Source: Ostreococcus lucimarinus (Eukaryota). From it: a DNA stretch of 64,000 bases. The stretch is taken from the NCBI GenBank assembly GCA_000092065.1, contig CP000597.1; one strand, given 5' to 3'. Below are positions 53,634 to 63,706 of the stretch, piece by piece. The translations under genes were made by a program, and so were the position numbers. The notes under the pieces were generated by a model that saw only the letters and a program-made list of their open reading frames with translations, was not told the DNA's origin and did no database searches. The stretch's first letter is position 1, and each line of letters opens with the position of its first letter.

Positions 53634-54038
53634 CTACGGCGCGTCACCACCACCTCGTCGCCGTCGGTCCTCGCGAAACGCCTCGACGCTCCGCTCGTAC
53701 TCGCGAGGAACGACGTACAAGAACAGGAACCACCACGCCAGGACGGCGGCGCCGACGATGGTGGTGGATAGCGTTCCGAACCAGCCGGCGACGCGCTCGT
53801 CGAGGTGGAGCACGTTCACTGGCGTCGCGGTGGCGAGCACGCCAGTGGCCACGATTGAGTACGGCTGGCACCACGCGGGTTTCGTCTTCCACATATCTGT
53901 CGGCAGATCGTCGTCGCCCTGGGACGACGCGCGAGCAGGGATGGAAACGATACGACGGTGCGCGCGCGTTCCCGGCGCACGCGCGCGGCAACGAAGCCCC
54001 GCTCGCGTGGGCGCCGGTGGGCGCGCGACGCCGCGCAT
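53634..54038 (-). CDS. Hypothetical small membrane protein with an Arg-rich N-terminal presequence and one or two hydrophobic helices (…WFGTLSTTIVGAAVLAWWFLFLYVVP…).
   Basis: 134-aa ORF with GC3-rich codons. No family recognised. It lies 63 bp downstream of the CK1-family kinase gene on the same strand. Confidence 0.3.
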   Translation of the reverse strand: MRGVARPPAPTRAGLRCRARAPGTRAHRRIVSIPARASSQGDDDLPTDMWKTKPAWCQPYSIVATGVLATATPVNVLHLDERVAGWFGTLSTTIVGAAVLAWWFLFLYVVPREYERSVEAFREDRRRRGGGDAP

Positions 54039-54101
54039 GGCGCTGCTAATTGTGAGGCCAACCCGGCTTCGGTTCGGTGGTGAAAGGTTCGGTGATGATT
54101 A

Positions 54102-55676
54102 TCAATTCGAGCGTCGTTGCTGCTTGCTTCTATTTTCCTGCGGGTCGTTGGCTCCTTTGTCCCCTTTATCCCCATCGCGGTGATGACGCTCGCCGCCGAA
54201 CCGCCGCTCGCCGTCGCCGCGCCCTCCTCTGCCCGCGCGCCCGCCGTCGCCGCGCCCGCCCCTGCCGCCGCGCCCGCCGTCGCCGCGCCCGCCGCCTTGG
54301 CGAAACTTACTCGGCTGGCTCAGTTTGTAATTACCATCCCTCCACATATCGCTTCGATGAATTTCGCCGATGCCTTCGAATATGATTTCTCGAAGCTCGA
54401 CGAAGTTTCGCTCGACGAGCGGTAGCGGATACTTTTCGGCGCCTTCGAGCGCATTCTCTAGCACGAAAGCTGCAGCACCGGAGGCGATCGCGAGAGCTTC
54501 TTCGGCCGAAAACTTGAAACAAATATTCCGCACGGTGTCCGCGATGTGCGGCGGTAAACTGCTCGGCTCAAAACGCGCGGCGCGAACCAACTGACCGGGC
54601 GGCAACGGCGGCGGCGCTTGGTCTCGCTCTCGCTTATGACCCGTAATTTTTGCATCAGCATTCGCCGCCGCGACGGCGGCGTACGTCGTCACCGGTGGCG
54701 GTGGTGGCGCTCCCTTGGTCGTTTGCAGCGACGGCGGCGGCGCCGCGCCCGCTTCCCAGTCCAAAGGCGTGTCGCCGGCGTTGCGCACGACGTCTTCAAA
54801 CGGCGCCCGCAGCGCGGCGTAATCTGGGGTTTGCCCATACTCCAACGTCGCGATCGCGCGTGCGAAAGTTTCTATGGCTGTCGGGCACCCGTGTTTCGGG
54901 CACAACAACGCCGGATTCTTCACGCATTTCTTCTTTTCGCGCTCGACGTTTTGCTTGCTCATCTTTTCTTCGCCCGCCTTCCAGGGCAAAACACCCTCGT
55001 GTGCTTCGACCAAGACGTACAAAGCGCTAAACAAGTCGTCACGCGCGCTCTGTTCCTTGTTTTCGTGCGCGTACACGCTCGCGTACGTCGTCGTCCCTCG
55101 AAACGTCGCGTCGTCCCGCTCCGGCAACACGTTTCCGTCGTCGTCGGTGAACTTGCGCGCCAAACCGAAATCGATCAAATACAACCGCTTCATCCCCTCT
55201 TTACCGTTCCCCACGCACACGTTCCCTGGTTTAATATCTCTGTGCACGTATCCCGCGCCGTGCATGCTCTCCAGCGCGTCCAGCATCGCGATCGCGATCG
55301 CGCACGTCGTCCTCGGCCCGAACCGTCCGCCCCGCGCGCGACTTCGCAAATCCGCCAAATTCTCCCCCACCAGTTCCATCGCCAGGAACGGCTTCCCCTC
55401 GTGCGACGATTCCAGCAGTAACTCCGCGAAGTGTTCCTTCCCCGCCATCGCTCGCATCACCCGCGCCTCTCGCGCGCTCGTCCTGTGTTCGCTCTCCACC
55501 TTGACCGCGACGCGCGCGCCGTCCCGCGTCGCGTCGTTCGCCGCGTACACCTCCGCGAACTGTCCTCGTCCCAGCTTCGGCGCCGACGCCACCGTGAACC
55601 GTCCGTCCGCGCCCAATCGCGCGCCCGGTTTCAGCAGATTGTGCGGCTGCGCGAACTGCGTCGTCGATTTGCTCAT
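54102..55676 (-). CDS. CK1-family Ser/Thr protein kinase (casein kinase 1 / TTBK-like) with a C-terminal RGG/GRGD low-complexity tail.
   Basis: Kinase subdomains: glycine loop LGRGQFAEVYAA, VAVK, catalytic loop HRDIKPGNVCVG, DFGLARKF, and a CK1-type GTTTYASV activation segment in place of APE. ATG at 55674-55676. Confidence 0.85.
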   Translation of the reverse strand: MSKSTTQFAQPHNLLKPGARLGADGRFTVASAPKLGRGQFAEVYAANDATRDGARVAVKVESEHRTSAREARVMRAMAGKEHFAELLLESSHEGKPFLAMELVGENLADLRSRARGGRFGPRTTCAIAIAMLDALESMHGAGYVHRDIKPGNVCVGNGKEGMKRLYLIDFGLARKFTDDDGNVLPERDDATFRGTTTYASVYAHENKEQSARDDLFSALYVLVEAHEGVLPWKAGEEKMSKQNVEREKKKCVKNPALLCPKHGCPTAIETFARAIATLEYGQTPDYAALRAPFEDVVRNAGDTPLDWEAGAAPPPSLQTTKGAPPPPPVTTYAAVAAANADAKITGHKRERDQAPPPLPPGQLVRAARFEPSSLPPHIADTVRNICFKFSAEEALAIASGAAAFVLENALEGAEKYPLPLVERNFVELREIIFEGIGEIHRSDMWRDGNYKLSQPSKFRQGGGRGDGGRGGRGGRGDGGRAGRGGRGDGERRFGGERHHRDGDKGDKGANDPQENRSKQQRRSN

Positions 55677-56101
55677 CGCGACGCGAATCGCTCGACCGTC
55701 GGCGATCCCGTCCCGTCGCGCCCCGTCGCGTCGCGCCCGCGTCCCGCGTCGCGTCGCGTCGCGCGCGTCGCGCGTCCGCGTTCGCTCGCGCGTCGCGCGT
55801 CGCTCGCGCGGGCGTCGCTCGCGCGGGCGTCGGATTCTGTCGTCACTCCGCGCCGCTCGGTCCGACCGTCATGAGCGACAATCCCGCGATGACGATCGTC
55901 GTCGTCTGCGTCGCGGTCACGGTGACGTTCCTCGCCGCGTGCGTCGCGCTGTTCGCGCGCGCCGAGCGCGCGCGACCGACGCCGAGGCCGAGGAAGAGGC
56001 TGAGCGCGAAGAAGCGCGCGCGCGAGCTCAAGCGACGCTCGACGCGCGAGATCGGGTGACGCGCGCGCGAAGAGCGACGACGCATGGTCGATATCGATCG
56101 A

Positions 56102-57892
56102 TTAATCATCGGCGTCGGAGGGGACGTCGTCGTCGCCGGAGGAGGAGGACGGACGGGAGGAGGCGCGCGCGCGGACGACGAAGGAAGCGTCGCGACGAGC
56201 GACGGCGTCGGGAGCGTCGCGAAGCCGGAGGACGAGGGCGAGGGAGGCGGACGCGGCGAGGGCGCCGATGAGGAAGGTGAAGGGTAAATTCCCGGCGCGG
56301 GGGGTCTGGATCCAGACGTAGACGCCGGATTTCGTGTGGAGGACGAGGTCGGTGAAACCGTCGCCGTCGACGTCTCGAGCGACGAGCGGAGCCGCGGGAG
56401 GGGAGGGGAGCTCGATCGGTGCCGTCGCGCGGTAGCCCTTGGAGTTGACGATGACCATCGAACTCGCGCCGGTGGCGATGGCGAGGTCCAAGTATCCATC
56501 GACGCGTATGGGGAACGACGTCAGCGACGGTTTGACGACGTCGTCGCTCGGCGTCCAATCCGCGGTGGTGCGAATTTGCCAACGCTTTTGCTCACCGTCT
56601 CGCGCGTTGTAACACGTCATCTCACCGCGACTGTTGAGAAAAATCGCGTCCCTTCCCATGCGATCGAGCGGTTTCGCGAGCTCGCTCGATGTTTCCGGTA
56701 ACCTGCGAAGCGAAATCGGCGAAACGACTTCGACGGCGCGAATGTCTCGCCCCGCGGCTTGCGCGGCGCGATGACCGGCCAAGCCGCTCCCGCCTCTGCA
56801 AATACTCGCACTGAGCGTGCGTCCCTCGTCGGGCACTCCCGACGTCACGGTCGCCCAACAGTGCGGAATGTCCTCGGCGCTGCGTAAGTTTCGGCCGTGC
56901 GCCTCGACGTGGTCGACGACGCCGTCGCCGTCGAGATCGACGTGCAATCCCGGACTCTTCAATTTCATTTCGCACACCTTGACGCCCGAGTACAAGTGCA
57001 ACACGTCGATGCCCTCGGCGTGATGTGAGACGACGACGTTCGGTGGTTCTCGTTTTCTCACGCGCCGCGCGTGCGTCGACGCGTGCGGCGGATGCGCGTC
57101 GTCGTCGTCGAGTCTACGTTTCGACTCGCCTTTCAGCGCGTCCAACGCGCGTCCGAACGCGCGCGTCGCCGCGTTCGACGGCACGGCTTTCGCCGCCGCC
57201 GCGCCGCGTTTGCGTTTGCCCGCGCTCGCCTTGTCGCGCGCCATCGCGTTTGCGCGAGATTTGTGTCGTCTAAAGTGCGCCAAACGCATCTTCGTATCCA
57301 CCGGGTGCCGCCACAGATGCGGTAGCCCATCCTGCACGATGCTCTCTCTAAAATCTCGACACGCGCGCTCCACGGCGCCGTCGATCTCGTCGTCGTCCAA
57401 GTTTCTCAGGCTCAACCTCGCGCGCGCGCGCCGACGGTGTTCGTCCTCGCCGCTCGTCTCCGTCCAACGCCTCGCGCCCGTGCGAGCGTCGAACGCGTAA
57501 TATTCAAACTCTCCGCCCTCCTCGTCCTCGAGAACCTCGCGCTCGACCTCATCCACCGCGTCGACCCCCCCGAATCCCCGCGTTCGTCCCCGTCGCGTCT
57601 CCATCGTCATCCGCCGCAGCGCCTCGTCGCTCAACCCGCGTCTCGCCCGTCTCTCGCGCCGCACGCCCACGACGACCAGCCCATCGTCCCCTACCTCCGT
57701 GCCCTCGTTCGTCACGACGATCGACGCCTCCGTCGCTCGCCATCGTCCCGTCGGCGCCGTCTCCGCGCGCCACAGCTCGCGCAGCCCGTCGTCGAACGCC
57801 ACCGCGCGCGCGTCTCGCGTCGCCGCCACGACGATCCCGCGCTTCTCTCGCCCCCGTCCGACGATCCCACGCTCGATGACGATCGCGCCGTA

Positions 57893-57933
<41 letters not shown>

Positions 57934-58267
57934 GCGCCAGACTCGCCGTCGCGCGCGTCGACCGCGTCCGACCAACCACCCCTCCGTACTGTTTACCCAT
58001 ACGTCTTCGCCCAAGCGCGTCCTCCCGCGCCTCGCGCGTCACGCCCTCGCGAATCCGCGCGCCCGCGACGTACGCGTGCGTCCGCGACATCGCCGGCGCG
58101 ACGCCCGCGATCGCGCGCCCCCGTTCGTCGCGTCCCGCGCCTCGGCGCGCGCCGAATCCGTCGTCGAATCGCGCGCTCGGCGCGAACGTCACGCCCTCCC
58201 GCGCGCGCGCGGCGACGAAGCACGCGAGCGCGGCGACGCACAGCGCGAGGACGTCCCTCGCGAGCAT
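56102..58267 (-). CDS. Type-I membrane protein with FG-GAP/integrin-alpha-like repeats (ITFG1/TIP-like), a signal peptide, a C-terminal transmembrane helix and a poly-Asp insert.
   Basis: Signal-peptide-like MLARDVLALCVAALACFVAARA. FG-GAP Ca-binding loop motifs DLDGDGVVD and DVDGDGFTDLV. C-terminal transmembrane helix FTFLIGALAASASLALVLRL. Start taken at the ATG at 58265-58267. The upstream 230 codons of the track ORF (Ser/Arg-rich, antisense to the KH gene region) are rejected. The (GTC)12 repeat at 57895-57931 encodes D12. Confidence 0.6.
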
Positions 58268-58379
58268 CGCCGCGCGCGCGCGGCGCGATTCGACGCGCGT
58301 CGACGCGCCGGCGCGTCGCGATGTGATTTCGCGCGCGCGACCGACGACGCGCGCGACGCGCGATTTCGCGACGCGCGCG

Positions 58380-58653
58380 ATGCGCGAGCGCCGCGCGTCG
58401 ACGCGAAGCGACGACGACGACGACGACGCGTGCGGCGCGAAGGCGAGCGCGGGCGACGCGGTGACGGACGCGGAAACGGCGCCGACGCGCGAAGATTCGG
58501 ATTCGGCGCGCGACGGCGCGACGACGACGCGCGACGCGCGAGCGCGCGACGACGCGCGCGACGACGACGGCGACGACGACGGCGAGGTCGCGGACGCGCG
58601 GACGCGGAAACGGCGACGCGCGGACGCGCGGGAGGGGCGGGAGGCGAGACGAC

Positions 58654-58715
<62 letters not shown>

Positions 58716-59666
58716 GCGCGGACGACGCGACGCGACGACGAGGCGGAGGACTCGGTGATCGGGGAAGACCCCGCGGTGACGGCGGCGAAAAACGCGGCGC
58801 GCGCGGGACCGACGGCGGCGGAGGCGGCGGCGGCGGCGGAGGCGGAGGCGGCGCGAAGACGCGCGGAGGAGGCGGCGAACGCGCTCGTCACGCGGACGAT
58901 CGATTGTCCGCAGAGCATGGTGGGGAGAATAATCGGTCGGGGTGGGGAGACGATCAAGGGGCTGCAAGCGTCGTCGGGAGCGCACGTCGCGATCGATCAA
59001 AACGTCGGCGAGGGCGAACCGAGGAAGATTACGATCGCGGGCGCGGCGGCGTGCGTGGACGTCGCGAGCGAGTTGGTGGAGAATTTGCTCCTGGGCACGG
59101 GCGTGGGAGGCGGGTTGTTGGTCACCCCGGGACAGATCACGCGGTCGATCGAGTGCCCGAAGGAATCGGTGGGGAAACTCATCGGGCGCGGCGGCGAGAC
59201 GATTCGCGGGATACAAACAGCCACCGGCGCGCGCATGCAAATCGATCAGACCCGTCAGCCGTGTCAGGTCATCCTCGCCGGTTCCGAGGCGTGCGTGGAA
59301 GCTGGCGCGCAGGTGGTTCAAGAAATCATCGACGGCGGCTCGACGGCGGTGTTTAACGAAATCGCTCGAGGCGGTCAAGGATTCGGCGGTCAAGGATTCG
59401 GCGGTCAAGGATACGGCGCGCAAGCCGCCGGTTGGGGCGCGCCTCAAGCGCAAGCCGCCGCCTACGCCAATCCCGCGGCGTACGCGCAGCAACAAGCGAT
59501 GTACGCGCAAATGTACGCGCAGCACTACGGGCAGCAGTACGCCGCCGTCGCCCCCGTCGCCGCCGCCAACCCGTGGCGCGCGCTCGACGACGGCAAGGGC
59601 AACGTCTACTACTACAACGCCCTCACCGGTGTGTCCCAGTGGGAGAAACCGAGCGAATTGACTTGA
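58380..59666 (+). CDS. RNA-binding protein with two KH domains and a C-terminal WW domain. Its N-terminus is acidic, with poly-Asp19 from (GAC)19 at 58656-58713.
   Basis: KH GxxG loops: IGRGGETIKGLQ and IGRGGETIRGIQ. QGFGG repeats. WW domain: PWRALDDGKGNVYYYNALTGVSQWEKP. The in-frame ATG at 58380 is taken as the start. The upstream part of the track ORF is antisense to the FG-GAP gene. Confidence 0.65.
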
Positions 59667-59832
59667 TTTATAGACGGTGTAATCGATGCCTCGCATCGCG
59701 CGACGGGTCCGACTCGACTTTTTCCTTCGCCGTCGCGAGTCGCCGCACTTCGCGCCTCGCGCCGCGTCGCCGCGCTCGCGCGGCGCGCGCCGATCGCCGC
59801 GCGGCGCCGCCTCTCGCGCGCGCGCATCGCGC

Positions 59833-60958
59833 ATGCGCGTCTCCTCGCGCGCGCTCGCGCCGCGCGACACCGCGCGCGGCGCGCGAGCGCGTCGAAAGCG
59901 CGTCGGCGGCGGCGCCGTCCGCGCGGTGTCGCGCTCGACCGCGCGCGAAAACCGCCGCGAGGAGCTCGTGTGCTACTGGGATTTAGATAACATGCGACCG
60001 CCGTGCGGCGTGGAGGTGCGTCGACGCCTCGCGCGCGGTTCGTCGACGCGTTTCGTTTGGCTCGTCGCGCGCGCGCCCGGCTTACCAGCTCCACGTTCCG
60101 AACCGAATGAACCGCGAGTTAAACGGCCGGGCAACATCGACGTCGATCATCAGAAGCTCGCTCGTCCTTTTCCGTGGGTGAATGAGTTCATGAGGTCGCG
60201 ACATTCCATCTTTGACGCGCTCGGCGCGACGCGCTCGGCGCGACGAATTTCTTCGAGCCGACGCGCGCGAACGAATTACTGACGCGCGCTTTCACTCGCA
60301 GGCGCTTTGGGCGGCGAGAATAGTCGAAGCGTCGAAATCGTTCGCGAAGAAGTGCGTGGTTCGCGCGTACGCGAATAAGACGACGCTCTCCGCGCCGCGA
60401 TTGCGCGAACGGTTGACGCGCGCCGGCGTCGACATCGTGGAAGTGAGCGACGTCTCGCAGGCGGCGGATGAGAGGTTAATGAGCGACGTATACGTTCGCG
60501 CGCGAGACGCGAATGACGCCGGCGTGGCGAACGAGCTCGCGACGATGGTGATGACGTGCGACGCGCGATTGTCGATTTGCGTAGAACAGAGCCGCGTTCG
60601 CGGGTTGCTCACTATCGCTCTCTCGGATTATCTGCGAACGTGGCGCTCGAGACCAGAGTTCAGACACTTGTTTCAAAAGTTTGCCAAAGTCCACGCGTTG
60701 TATGACGCCAGCTCCTACGAGCGCGCTTTGCAGACGATCGCGCGGAACGGGAAGATGTTCTCACAGAGCAAACTCGCCAAATCCGCCGACGTCGCCCTGG
60801 TGTGGGATCCACGTCGCGTCATGACAGTGACGCCCGCCGAACTCAAGGTCCACAACCGAGTGCACGAGCGCGGCGACGACGATTTCGGTTCCCCCGTGGC
60901 GGCGCCCGGCGGCGTCGTCGGCACCCTTCTCGACGGCGCCATCGTGGTTTGGGCGTAA
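59833..60958 (+). CDS. NYN/PIN-like (LabA/MARF1-type) domain protein. Two exons with a GTGCGT intron: exon 1 ends at 60015, intron 60016..60301, exon 2 60302..60958.
   Basis: Exon 1 ends …ELVCYWDLDNMRPPCGVE. Exon 2 begins ALWAARIVEASKSFAKKCVVRAYANKTT…VEVSDVSQAADERLMSDV…. When joined they align without gaps to the NYN-domain start (vFWDiEN..P.G.....V...I…v..Y.n). The donor GAG|GTGCGT and acceptor CAG|G are both phase 0. The 5' end is uncertain: either the ATG at 59833 or the one at 59686. Confidence 0.45.
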
Positions 60959-61172
60959 CGCGCGACGAATCGAGCGTCGCTTCGGCAACGACCGCGCGCG
61001 CAAAAACGAAACATTCATTCATTCGCTCACCGATTGTTCGATTCTTCTGTATGCTGCCATGTATTCATTTGTTTGTATTGCTAAAAGTACGAAATGTAAA
61101 ATGTATAAACGCGCGACCTCGCGTCGACGAAACCGCGTCCCTCGCGCGTCCCACCCGCGTCCCTCGCGTCCC

Positions 61173-61658
61173 TCAATTCAACGTGTACAACCCGATCGCC
61201 GGTCCGATGAACCTGAACACCACCCAAAAAAATGCCAATCCTCCCGCGCCGTACAGCGACGCTTGATTCATCCAGTACATCCATCCTTTCTCTCCCGTCC
61301 ACACCGTCCACGCGCGTTCGCCCGCGGGCGTCTCTTCCCACGCCGCCGGGTCCGCCTCCCACATCGCGTACTGCCCGTTCGCTCCCGCGCGCACGCGATT
61401 CTTCTTCGCCGCGGTGTCCAGGTACCCGAACGCGGGATTCGCGCCTCGCGCGCGCGCGTCGCGCGCGTCCGCCGTCGTTTTCGCGTTCGCGCGCTTCGGT
61501 TTCAGTCTCGCCTCGAGGGCTTCGATCGAGTCTCGGTCGTCGCTCGACGCGCGGACGCGCGCGCGGGACGCGCGCGCGGACGCGCGAGACTCTTTACGCG
61601 CGCGGGGACGCGCGAGCGCGGCGCGCGGCGCGGACGGCGCGATGGAGGACGGCGACAT
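61173..61658 (-). CDS. Hypothetical small membrane protein with an N-terminal presequence-like region and a C-terminal hydrophobic helix (LYGAGGLAFFWVVFRFIGPAIGLYTLN).
   Basis: ATG at 61656-61658. It has a Trp-rich segment (WEADPAAWEETPAGERAWTVWTGEKGWMYWM). No family recognised. It lies 62 bp downstream of the stop of the CCDC93-like gene on the same strand. Confidence 0.4.
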   Translation of the reverse strand: MSPSSIAPSAPRAALARPRARKESRASARASRARVRASSDDRDSIEALEARLKPKRANAKTTADARDARARGANPAFGYLDTAAKKNRVRAGANGQYAMWEADPAAWEETPAGERAWTVWTGEKGWMYWMNQASLYGAGGLAFFWVVFRFIGPAIGLYTLN

Positions 61659-61720
61659 GTCGCGGCGAGGCGATAAGTGCGGGGTCGGGCGGAACGCGAG
61701 ACGCGAATACGAATACAAAG

Positions 61721-63643
61721 TCACGAAGACGGCGCGAGCGCGGCGCTGAGCTCGCGCTCGCGAGCGACGGCGTCGCGAAGCTCCTTGACGAGGGCGACGT
61801 ATTGACGCTGAAGACGGACGGCGTCGTCGTGACGCGCGCGACATTCGGCCTCGGCGTCGCGCTCGGATTTGAGCTTGGCGTCGACGAGCTTGATGTTCGC
61901 CGTGACGCCGTCCTGAATCGCGGCTAGGGCGGTGACGAGGGACGATTTCCCGGATAACGTCTCCAACGCCGGCGCGACTTGCTGCTGGACGGAGTTCAGG
62001 AGGGAGATTTCTTTTCGAAGATACTTTTTCGTGTCGGCGAGGACGTTGTACGCGGCAAAGTACTTGCGCGTTTCCTTGAGCTTGGCCTGCACGGTGTCGT
62101 AGAGCTCTTCGAAGCGACGTTCGTATTGAATCAACTCCGGACGCGTTGGGATGTCCTCGAGCTTGCGCCGCAGGAGCGCCACCGCGCGCGAGCGTTTGTT
62201 CAGCATCGCGCGTTCGCCTTCAAATTTTTCCCGTTCGCGGCGGTGCGTCGCGTCCACTTCTTCAATCTGCGCGCGCTCTTCCTCGGTGAGCGTGTGCTCG
62301 CCGCCGCGTTCGATTTCGTCTTTAAGCTCGAGCATGCGCTTTTTACACTCGGCTTTGAACTCTTTTTCGTCCGCCTTGGTGCTCGACGCTCTCTTTATCA
62401 GCGCCATGACGCGCTCGACGGATGCGCGTTGCCCGGGATCGGCGACGGATTCCATGAGACTTTTAGTCTCCGTCTCGCACTTGTCGTTGTACGCCGTCAC
62501 CTTTTCTAACTCTTCCAGCGCGGCGACGACCTCGGCTTGCGCGGCTTCGGCGCGTTGACGCGCCTCGCTCGCCGCCGCGGTCTCCGCCGCGAGCTTGCGC
62601 TCCATGGCGGCGATTTTCCGCTCCACCGCGAGCATCTTCCCCACCGTCCCACCGATCGCGATCTCCCCCCCGAACTTCTCCGCCGCCGCTAAAATTTCCT
62701 CGCCACCGCGCGCGCCTAAAATCGCGCGCGCGACGGCGCTCGAAAGCGTATCCTCGCCGTCCGCGACGGCGAGTTCGGATTCCAAATCCCGCAACGCGTT
62801 CAATTCGCTCACCGCCGCCTCGTCCTCCTCCTCGTCGTCCTCGTCCCCCCCCGCCCCCCCCGCTCCCGGCGCGACGACGAGCGCGCTCACCTTGCTCACC
62901 AACGACGCCGCGCCCTCTCGCCCGCCCTCTCCCGCCTCGCTCGCCCGCGTCGCTCCCGCCGCCTTACCCGCCCGCGTCCTCCGCCTCCATCGAGTCGCCG
63001 CCAACACCGCCGTCGCCGCGCTCGCGAACGCCTCCAACCCCGCGAGTTTATGCCCGTACTCCATCATCACCGATTTCGCCCACCGCGACGCGTTCTCTCG
63101 CGGCGGTTCCTTCCCCGCCGCGCGCTTGTACCGCCGTCTCGCGCCGTACTCTTCGCGCAGCGCGCGTCTCGCTCTCGCCGCCCGCTCGCGCGTCCGCGCC
63201 GTCCCCAGCGCCTCCCGTCCGCACGTTCGTTTGTACGCATACATCGCCCGCGCTCTCGCGTCCCGTTTTCGCCGCTCGCGCGTCTCCAACACCCGCGTTA
63301 TCAACCACCGCGCCGTCGGCAGCAGCGCGTCCGCGTCCAGTCCCCCGATCTGGTGCGCCCTGAGCGCGCCCGGCGCGCCCATGTCCCGCAGCGCGCGCTC
63401 GATCGCCTCGCACGCGCGCAATCGCTCGCCCATCGTCGCGTACAGCGCGTCGGCGTCGACGTCGTCCAGCGCGCCGTCCGCCGCGCGCACCGCCCACGCG
63501 AGCGCGCCGAGCACGCGGTCGAACGGCGCGAGCGACGCGAAGCGCGCGCGGTGGCACCCGGCGGCGACGAACAGGTCGGTGATCTCGTCGACGCGGCTCG
63601 CGTCCGTCGCGCGCGACGCCGCGATCGCGTCGTCGACCGTCAT
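61721..63643 (-). CDS. Coiled-coil protein, possibly CCDC93/CCDC22-like (Commander/CCC complex family). 640 aa from the ATG at 63643.
   Basis: Long C-terminal coiled coils. The segment PELIQYERRFEELYDTVQAKLKETRKYFAAYNVLADTKKYLRKEISLLNS resembles the conserved C-terminal region of CCDC93 (…QYQ.RF.ELYNQ…KETKQ.F.LYNTLDDKK.YLEKEISL…), recalled from memory. An AT-rich promoter-like tract (ttttaattttaatgtaattcg) lies immediately upstream of the ATG. Confidence 0.45.
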   Translation of the reverse strand: MTVDDAIAASRATDASRVDEITDLFVAAGCHRARFASLAPFDRVLGALAWAVRAADGALDDVDADALYATMGERLRACEAIERALRDMGAPGALRAHQIGGLDADALLPTARWLITRVLETRERRKRDARARAMYAYKRTCGREALGTARTRERAARARRALREEYGARRRYKRAAGKEPPRENASRWAKSVMMEYGHKLAGLEAFASAATAVLAATRWRRRTRAGKAAGATRASEAGEGGREGAASLVSKVSALVVAPGAGGAGGDEDDEEEDEAAVSELNALRDLESELAVADGEDTLSSAVARAILGARGGEEILAAAEKFGGEIAIGGTVGKMLAVERKIAAMERKLAAETAAASEARQRAEAAQAEVVAALEELEKVTAYNDKCETETKSLMESVADPGQRASVERVMALIKRASSTKADEKEFKAECKKRMLELKDEIERGGEHTLTEEERAQIEEVDATHRREREKFEGERAMLNKRSRAVALLRRKLEDIPTRPELIQYERRFEELYDTVQAKLKETRKYFAAYNVLADTKKYLRKEISLLNSVQQQVAPALETLSGKSSLVTALAAIQDGVTANIKLVDAKLKSERDAEAECRARHDDAVRLQRQYVALVKELRDAVARERELSAALAPSS

Positions 63644-63706
63644 CGTTTTAATTTTAATGTAATTCGCATCCGATTCGCGCCGCGCCGCACTGTGACGCGC
63701 CTCGCG

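Noticed and set aside
57699-58379. N-terminal 227 codons of the 57699..59666 plus ORF, and the N-terminal 230 codons of the 56102..58957 minus ORF.
   Set aside because: They overlap each other antisense and are low complexity (Ser- and Arg-rich). Genuine N-termini were assigned at internal ATGs (58380 for the plus gene, 58267 for the minus gene) where signal-peptide and domain features begin.
62595-63662. 355-aa plus-strand ORF antisense to the CCDC93-like gene; also 63048..63557 and 63640..63981 on the minus strand.
   Set aside because: Ser/Ala/Arg-rich low complexity with no motifs. The opposite strand encodes a long coiled-coil protein with a promoter-like AT tract at its ATG.
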